A stretch of DNA of 32,000 nt, taken from NCBI RefSeq assembly GCF_000015025.1, contig NC_008578.1:1350001-1382000 (forward strand). Reading direction: 5' to 3'. The DNA comes from Acidothermus cellulolyticus 11B (GTDB taxonomy: Bacteria > Actinomycetota > Actinomycetes > Acidothermales > Acidothermaceae). The notes beneath the pieces were generated by a model. It did not search any database. It was not told where the DNA came from and saw only the letters and a program-made list of their open reading frames with translations. Within the stretch, counting starts at the first letter, position 1, and each line of letters begins with the position of its first letter. Shown here piece after piece: positions 27,798-32,000 of this stretch. Position numbers and translations under genes: made by a program.

Positions 27798-28625
27798 TCA
27801 GTACTCCTTGCCTTGGTCGGCGGGGACTTCCCACCGCACGATGAGATCCCCCAGCGGATCCACCTGCTCGAATACGACGACACCTTCCCGGAAGAGATCG
27901 AGCAGCGCAAGAAAGCGCCCGACGATTTCAGCGGTGGTCGCACAATCGGCGACCAGGGTACGGAATGACGCCGCGCGCAACCGCGCCAACCGGCGGCGCA
28001 GAACCGCCGCCTGCTCCCGCACGTCAACGATGGGGGCGTGCAGGTGCTCGATCTGGACCGTGGGCGGCGGTTTCGGCGCCAGCACACGGGCGGCGAGGGC
28101 GGCGAATCCGGCCGGACCCAAGCCGAGGAACACCTCGGGGAGAAGGCCGTGAAACTCCGGATCCGGACCCGCCGTGCGGGGATACCGCCGAGCCTGCTCA
28201 TCACACATCGCCCCGAGGATGCCGGCGACTTGCTTATACGCCCGATACTGCAGCAGGCGGGCAAACAAAAGGTCACGCGCTTCGAGAAGCGCGACGTCCT
28301 CTTCGTCCTCGACCGGCGCCGACGGCAGCAACCGGGCCGCCTTCAAATCGACGAGCGTGGCGGCGACGACGAGAAAACTTGTCGCCTTGTCGAGATCCCA
28401 GGTGGGACCCATTTCCCGGATGTATGCAATGAAGTCATCGGTGACTTTCGATAACGAAATAGCGGTGATGTCCAGCTCGTGCTTGGCGATGAGCGCGAGG
28501 AGGAGTTCGAAGGGCCCGTCAAAAACACCGAGGTGGACGACGAAATCGTCGCCCGATGGATTCTCGACGGGCGGACGGTCGGTCACGGCTGCGTCGTGGG
28601 GCGGCGTCGACGTCCGGCGCGTCAT
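27798..28625 (-). CDS. scpA: segregation and condensation protein A (kleisin)
   Basis: FDGPFELLLALIAKHELDITAISLSKVTDDFIAYI is typical of ScpA. Its ATG overlaps the stop of the upstream M50-like gene (ATGA at 28622-28625). Confidence 0.9.
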   Translation of the reverse strand: MTRRTSTPPHDAAVTDRPPVENPSGDDFVVHLGVFDGPFELLLALIAKHELDITAISLSKVTDDFIAYIREMGPTWDLDKATSFLVVAATLVDLKAARLLPSAPVEDEEDVALLEARDLLFARLLQYRAYKQVAGILGAMCDEQARRYPRTAGPDPEFHGLLPEVFLGLGPAGFAALAARVLAPKPPPTVQIEHLHAPIVDVREQAAVLRRRLARLRAASFRTLVADCATTAEIVGRFLALLDLFREGVVVFEQVDPLGDLIVRWEVPADQGKEY

Positions 28626-29338
28626 GAGAGGACGGTAATCAGCGGGTCGATTATCGCGTCAATGACGGCGATGATGATCGGGTTACCGAAAATCGGCAGG
28701 GTGAGGACAAGGACGATGAGAAGTCCCCAATTGTCGTCTTCCAACCGATACCGGGCCCGCTGCCACCCGAGGGTTTTCGGCGCGAGCGCAAAGAGCAACC
28801 GCCCGCCGTCCAGTGGGGGAAGCGGCACGAGCGCCAGGAGCGCCATGGCGACGAGTTCGACACCGGCGAGGTAGAGCGCGAGCGGGCCGTAACCAACGAG
28901 GTAGTGGAAGTGATCGACGGCCATCATGTCGCCGTGCACCGTGTTGATGACCAACCCGCCGCCGGTCGGCCGGCCGATGGTGAGGTGATCATAACCGATG
29001 AGTGCCGCGGCACCGAGCACGAAGAGCACGACCGGGCCCGCGATGAGTGCCGCAACCACGCGTGATCTCCGGCCACCCCGGACCCTCGGGATGACGTCGT
29101 CCACCACGTCACTTCCCCAGCCGACACCACCGAGGACGGCGCAGAGCGCGCCGTACGGATCGATGAAGCGCCGGATTCCCCGCGCACCCGAGCCGAGCCG
29201 AGACCGCCCCGGCGAACGGAGAGCCGGACGACGGACACCGAGGATCCGTTCCTGGACCAGTCCCCGGGCGACGACACCGACGAGAAAGGCCGCAATCAAG
29301 ACGGCGAGCGAGAAAGGAAAGCGCAGGGCGTACAGCAC
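28622..29338 (-). CDS. site-2-protease (peptidase M50)-like membrane protein lacking the HExxH motif
   Basis: GTG start at 29338. The protein is polytopic and keeps M50/COG1994 landmarks: FIDPYGAL, GWGS, LALVPLPPLDGGRLL. No HExxH occurs anywhere. The expected position reads VVARGLVQERILG. Confidence 0.7.
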   Translation of the reverse strand: MLYALRFPFSLAVLIAAFLVGVVARGLVQERILGVRRPALRSPGRSRLGSGARGIRRFIDPYGALCAVLGGVGWGSDVVDDVIPRVRGGRRSRVVAALIAGPVVLFVLGAAALIGYDHLTIGRPTGGGLVINTVHGDMMAVDHFHYLVGYGPLALYLAGVELVAMALLALVPLPPLDGGRLLFALAPKTLGWQRARYRLEDDNWGLLIVLVLTLPIFGNPIIIAVIDAIIDPLITVLS

Positions 29339-29644
29339 CGCTCAGCACTCACCACGTCGACGGGTGCGAAGACGAGCCGGACGGTTGGCTGCCCGATCGG
29401 TCGGCAGGACGGCGATCGCCTCCCGGACCGCACAACCACGATCAGCTGCGCGACCTCGGCAGCCGCGCCGAAGGGATGCCGCCCGCGTAAGGTGCCGTGA
29501 TCCCGCAGACCGGCCGTACGTGTATCGACCGCGATGAAACGCGCCGGTTGGGCGCAGCGATCCCGCGTACGGGCCGTCCACCGTAAGTGTCTCCTTGCGT
29601 CGCAGTCGACCGGTCGAGTCGAGGGTAGACCGGGTTGCGACGGC

Positions 29645-29676
29645 GCGCGTCCGAGGTGTCCCGGCCCCCGACGCGC
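29645..29676 (-). terminator. hairpin 13 nt downstream of the parA-like stop
   Basis: On the minus strand, GCGCGUC (29676-29670) pairs with GACGCGC (29651-29645) across an 18-nt loop. There is no U-tract. Weak call. Confidence 0.25.
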
Positions 29677-29688
29677 ACGCAGCCGAGC

Positions 29689-30582
29689 TCACCGAGCCAA
29701 CACCTCTCTCGCGAGATCACGGTAGGCCCGAGCAGCCGCCGACGCCGGGGCGTACGACGTGATCGGCTCCCCGGCGACCGTCGTCTCGGGGAACCGCACA
29801 GTTCGGGCAATCACCGTGTGAAAGACCCGGTCACCGAAGGCCTCGACCACCCGTGCCAGCACCTCGCGGGCATGCACGGTTCGCGGGTCGAACATGGTCG
29901 CGAGAATGCCCGTGAGTTCCAGCCGCGGATTGAGCCGTTCCCGTACTTTCTCAATCGTCTGCATGAGGAGGGCGACACCCCGCAGGGCGAAGAACTCGCA
30001 CTCCAGTGGAATGATCACGCCATCCGCTGCGGTGAGGGCGTTGACGGTCAGCAAACCGAGCGACGGCTGGCAATCGATGAGGATGACGTCGTACTCCGGC
30101 CGCAACGGGGCCAGGACCCGCGCCAAGGCCTGCTCGCGAGCGACTTCTGAGACAAGCTGGAGCTCGGCCGCCGCAAGGTCAATGTTGCTGGGGAGCAGAT
30201 CCATGCCCGGCGTATTGGTCTTGAGCAGGACGTCTTCGGCCGAGACGTCGCTCTCCATCAGCACGTTGTAGATCGTGCGGTCCAGTTCATGCGGATTGAC
30301 GCCCAGACCCACGGAGAGGGCGCCCTGGGGATCGAAGTCGACGAGGAGAACGCGCCGGCCGAACTCGGCAAGAGCCGCACCCAGATTGATCGCGGTTGTC
30401 GTCTTGCCGACCCCGCCCTTCTGGTTGCACATGGCCAGCACCCAGGCAGGACCGTGCGTGGTGAGCGGCGGCGGGTCGGGAAAGACCGGCGACGGGCGGC
30501 CCGCGGCATCGACACCCTCGGCGCCCAGGCGCAGCGCCTCAGCCGGTTCGTCGCCCGGCGACCCATGGATCGACTTAGCCAC
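29689..30582 (-). CDS. ParA/Soj-family ATPase (Rv1708-like, orphan parA upstream of scpAB)
   Basis: Deviant Walker A in CNQKGGVGKTTTAINLGAAL, then LLVDFDPQGAL and IDCQPSLGLLTVNAL. GTG start at 30582. Confidence 0.92.
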   Translation of the reverse strand: MAKSIHGSPGDEPAEALRLGAEGVDAAGRPSPVFPDPPPLTTHGPAWVLAMCNQKGGVGKTTTAINLGAALAEFGRRVLLVDFDPQGALSVGLGVNPHELDRTIYNVLMESDVSAEDVLLKTNTPGMDLLPSNIDLAAAELQLVSEVAREQALARVLAPLRPEYDVILIDCQPSLGLLTVNALTAADGVIIPLECEFFALRGVALLMQTIEKVRERLNPRLELTGILATMFDPRTVHAREVLARVVEAFGDRVFHTVIARTVRFPETTVAGEPITSYAPASAAARAYRDLAREVLAR

Positions 30583-30604
30583 GAATGTCGCTACCTCTCT
30601 GCCG

Positions 30605-30654
30605 ATCGAACGACGCGGCGAGGCATCGAACGACCCCGCGATGCATCGCCCGTG
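30605..30654. repeat. 20-bp phased direct repeats (ATCGAACGAC-N10) x2.5 upstream of the parA-like gene
   Basis: ATCGAACGACGCGGCGAGGC (30605-30624) and ATCGAACGACCCCGCGATGC (30625-30644) are 17/20 identical. A third, partial unit starts at 30645 (ATCGCCCGTG). Confidence 0.85.
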
Positions 30655-30851
30655 GAAAACCTATGTGCTCCGCAAGCCGCCGAGCAACACCGGCCGGCGC
30701 GGGTCGGCAACGAGCTCCCGCGCCCCGGAACGCCGGCACCGCAGCAGACCGGACCGCGCGGTGCCGGCCGACGGCAGGGCCGACGGGCCGGCCGCGGGGA
30801 TGCCCGGCCACCCGCCGGCTCACGTCCAGCCGCCCGCCGGTCCACGGCGGC

Positions 30852-31787
30852 TCAGCCGTGCGCCCGTGGGTGCGCCATCGCGTACACCTCGCGGAGCGTG
30901 TCGACGGTCACCAAGGTGTAGATCTGCGTGGTCGTCACGGAGGCGTGACCGAGCAGTTCTTGGACGACGCGGATGTCGGCGCCGCCTTCGAGCAGATGCG
31001 TGGCGAACGAATGCCGCAAGGTGTGCGGGGAGATCACCGTTGCTAAACCGGCGCGGAGTGCGGCGCGGCGGAGCACCGTCCATGCACTCTGCCGTGACAG
31101 CCGACCGCCGCGCGCGTTGAGAAAGACCGCGCCGCGCGCCGAACCGGACCGTGCCGCCGCAAGCAGCGCGGGGCGTCCGGCCGTCAGGTACTCCCGGAGG
31201 GCGGACCGCGCATACCCGCCCAGGGGCACCACCCGCTGCTTGCTCCCCTTGCCCCGCAGCCGCACCAGCCCGGCGTCCAAGTCAAGATCATCAATCGCGA
31301 GACCAACCGCCTCCGAGATGCGGGCGCCCGTTCCGTACAGCACCTCCAGCAGCGCCCGGTCCCGCAGCTCACGCGGTGCATGGCCGTCGACCGCCGCGAG
31401 CAATCGCTCCACCTCGGCTACCGTTATCGCCTTCGGCAGCCGACGGCCGGGCGTCGGCGGACGCACGTCACGCGACGGGTCGTCGGCGGTGATGCCGTCC
31501 ATGGCGGCAAACCGGTGCAACCCTCGGACCGCGACAACGGCCCGGGCTGACGAGGAGACCGCCAGCGGCGGGTGGTCGGCGTCCCCGGTTCGCAGCGCGG
31601 CAAGAAAGGCGGTGATGTGCTCCTCGGTGACCGCCCGCGGATCCGTCGTCCCGCGTTGCTCGAGAAATTCCTGGTAGCGGCGCAGATCCCGTCGGTAGCC
31701 CGCAACCGTGTTCTTCGCCAGTCCCTTTTCGACGGCGACGTGCGCGAGGTAGGCCTCGACCAAGTCGCCGACAGTGCGGATTTCCAC
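30852..31787 (-). CDS. xerD: site-specific tyrosine recombinase XerD
   Basis: N-terminal SAM-like domain ([26 protein letters not shown]). The catalytic region has RISEAV...[37 protein letters not shown], giving the R..HxxR..H..Y set. Synteny with the parA-like gene matches the Rv1701 region. GTG start at 31787. Confidence 0.93.
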   Translation of the reverse strand: MEIRTVGDLVEAYLAHVAVEKGLAKNTVAGYRRDLRRYQEFLEQRGTTDPRAVTEEHITAFLAALRTGDADHPPLAVSSSARAVVAVRGLHRFAAMDGITADDPSRDVRPPTPGRRLPKAITVAEVERLLAAVDGHAPRELRDRALLEVLYGTGARISEAVGLAIDDLDLDAGLVRLRGKGSKQRVVPLGGYARSALREYLTAGRPALLAAARSGSARGAVFLNARGGRLSRQSAWTVLRRAALRAGLATVISPHTLRHSFATHLLEGGADIRVVQELLGHASVTTTQIYTLVTVDTLREVYAMAHPRAHG

Positions 31788-31811
31788 GGCTTAGCGGACT
31801 TCCACGGCCTA
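31776..31811. repeat. 18-bp tandem duplication (16/18 identical) covering the xerD start codon
   Basis: GCGGATTTCCACGGCTTA (31776-31793) and GCGGACTTCCACGGCCTA (31794-31811). Confidence 0.9.
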
Positions 31812-31910
31812 GACGAGGACGCCGCCGCGCGATGCCGGCAGCAGGCCGTGCCATTCCGCGGCATCCCCTAGACGCACGCCTGCCTCCTGCCTGTTCGCCG
31901 GTGCTGACCC

Positions 31911-32000
31911 TTACTGTGTCACGGCCCGCAGCCACGGGGCGGCAGCCGGTCGAGGCCCGCCCGCCACGCCGTCGAGGAGCAGGGCGCAGGCGGCGAGAAT
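31911..32000 (-). CDS. 3' end of a CDS that starts beyond the window (possibly the NUDIX hydrolase usually found upstream of xerD)
   Basis: The minus-strand frame is open from the window edge to the TAA at 31913-31911: ILAACALLLDGVAGGPRPAAAPWLRAVTQ*. Third-position GC is high (24/29 by hand count). The family guess rests only on synteny with Rv1700 and loose resemblance of the tail. Confidence 0.4.
   Translation of the reverse strand: MLAACALLLDGVAGGPRPAAAPWLRAVTQ

Noticed and set aside
29342-29692. 116-aa minus-strand ORF filling the parA-like/M50-like spacer (inner GTG preceded by AAGGAG)
   Set aside because: The product is extremely Arg-rich with no hydrophobic core. About 30 of the last 79 codons end in A/T, against strongly GC-ending codons in flanking genes. 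I kept it only as part of the spacer finding, not as a CDS.

Overview
This 32-kb high-GC segment looks actinobacterial and reads as conserved core chromosome, not an accessory island. The left third (1-10.1 kb, mixed strands) holds lnt (5'-truncated by the window) and ppm1, convergent with rbpA, then an eda-kdgK pair. A looser set follows: a CGNR zinc-finger protein, a Gly/Ala-rich membrane protein, a DUF1801 protein, an MFS transporter whose stop overlaps the start of a small HTH protein, an EamA transporter and an Rv2578c-like radical-SAM protein. From 10.2 to 31.8 kb every feature I call (22 CDS plus one tRNA) lies on the minus strand. Their order is syntenic with Mycobacterium Rv1832-Rv1822 and Rv1713-Rv1701 and with Streptomyces SCO1378-SCO1389. 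In transcription order they are xerD, parA-like, M50-like, scpA, scpB, rluB, tyrA, cmk, der, tRNA-Pro(GGG), a CDP-alcohol phosphatidyltransferase, an 841-aa nucleotidyltransferase/PMM-like fusion, DUF881-sbp-DUF881, gcvH, garA, two MerR regulators flanking a DUF151 nuclease, a tandem glycine riboswitch, gcvP and a CDF transporter. I see no CRISPR array, transposase, phage-type integrase, prophage, defence cluster or biosynthetic cluster. I cannot support a wholly new multi-gene system here. The best leads are modest. (1) An M50/S2P-like membrane protein has no HExxH motif and is translationally coupled to scpAB. (2) The PGM/PMM-like domain of the 841-aa fusion has degenerate catalytic motifs. 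(3) Seven unrelated 16-21-bp tandem duplications sit in spacers or on gene boundaries; two of them duplicate a start-codon region and create mini-uORFs. (4) 20-bp phased repeats lie upstream of the parA-like gene. (5) A 347-bp spacer remains unexplained. (6) The small HTH gene overlaps the convergent EamA gene by 87 bp. All calls rest on reading the translations and the sequence by eye; no database search was run.
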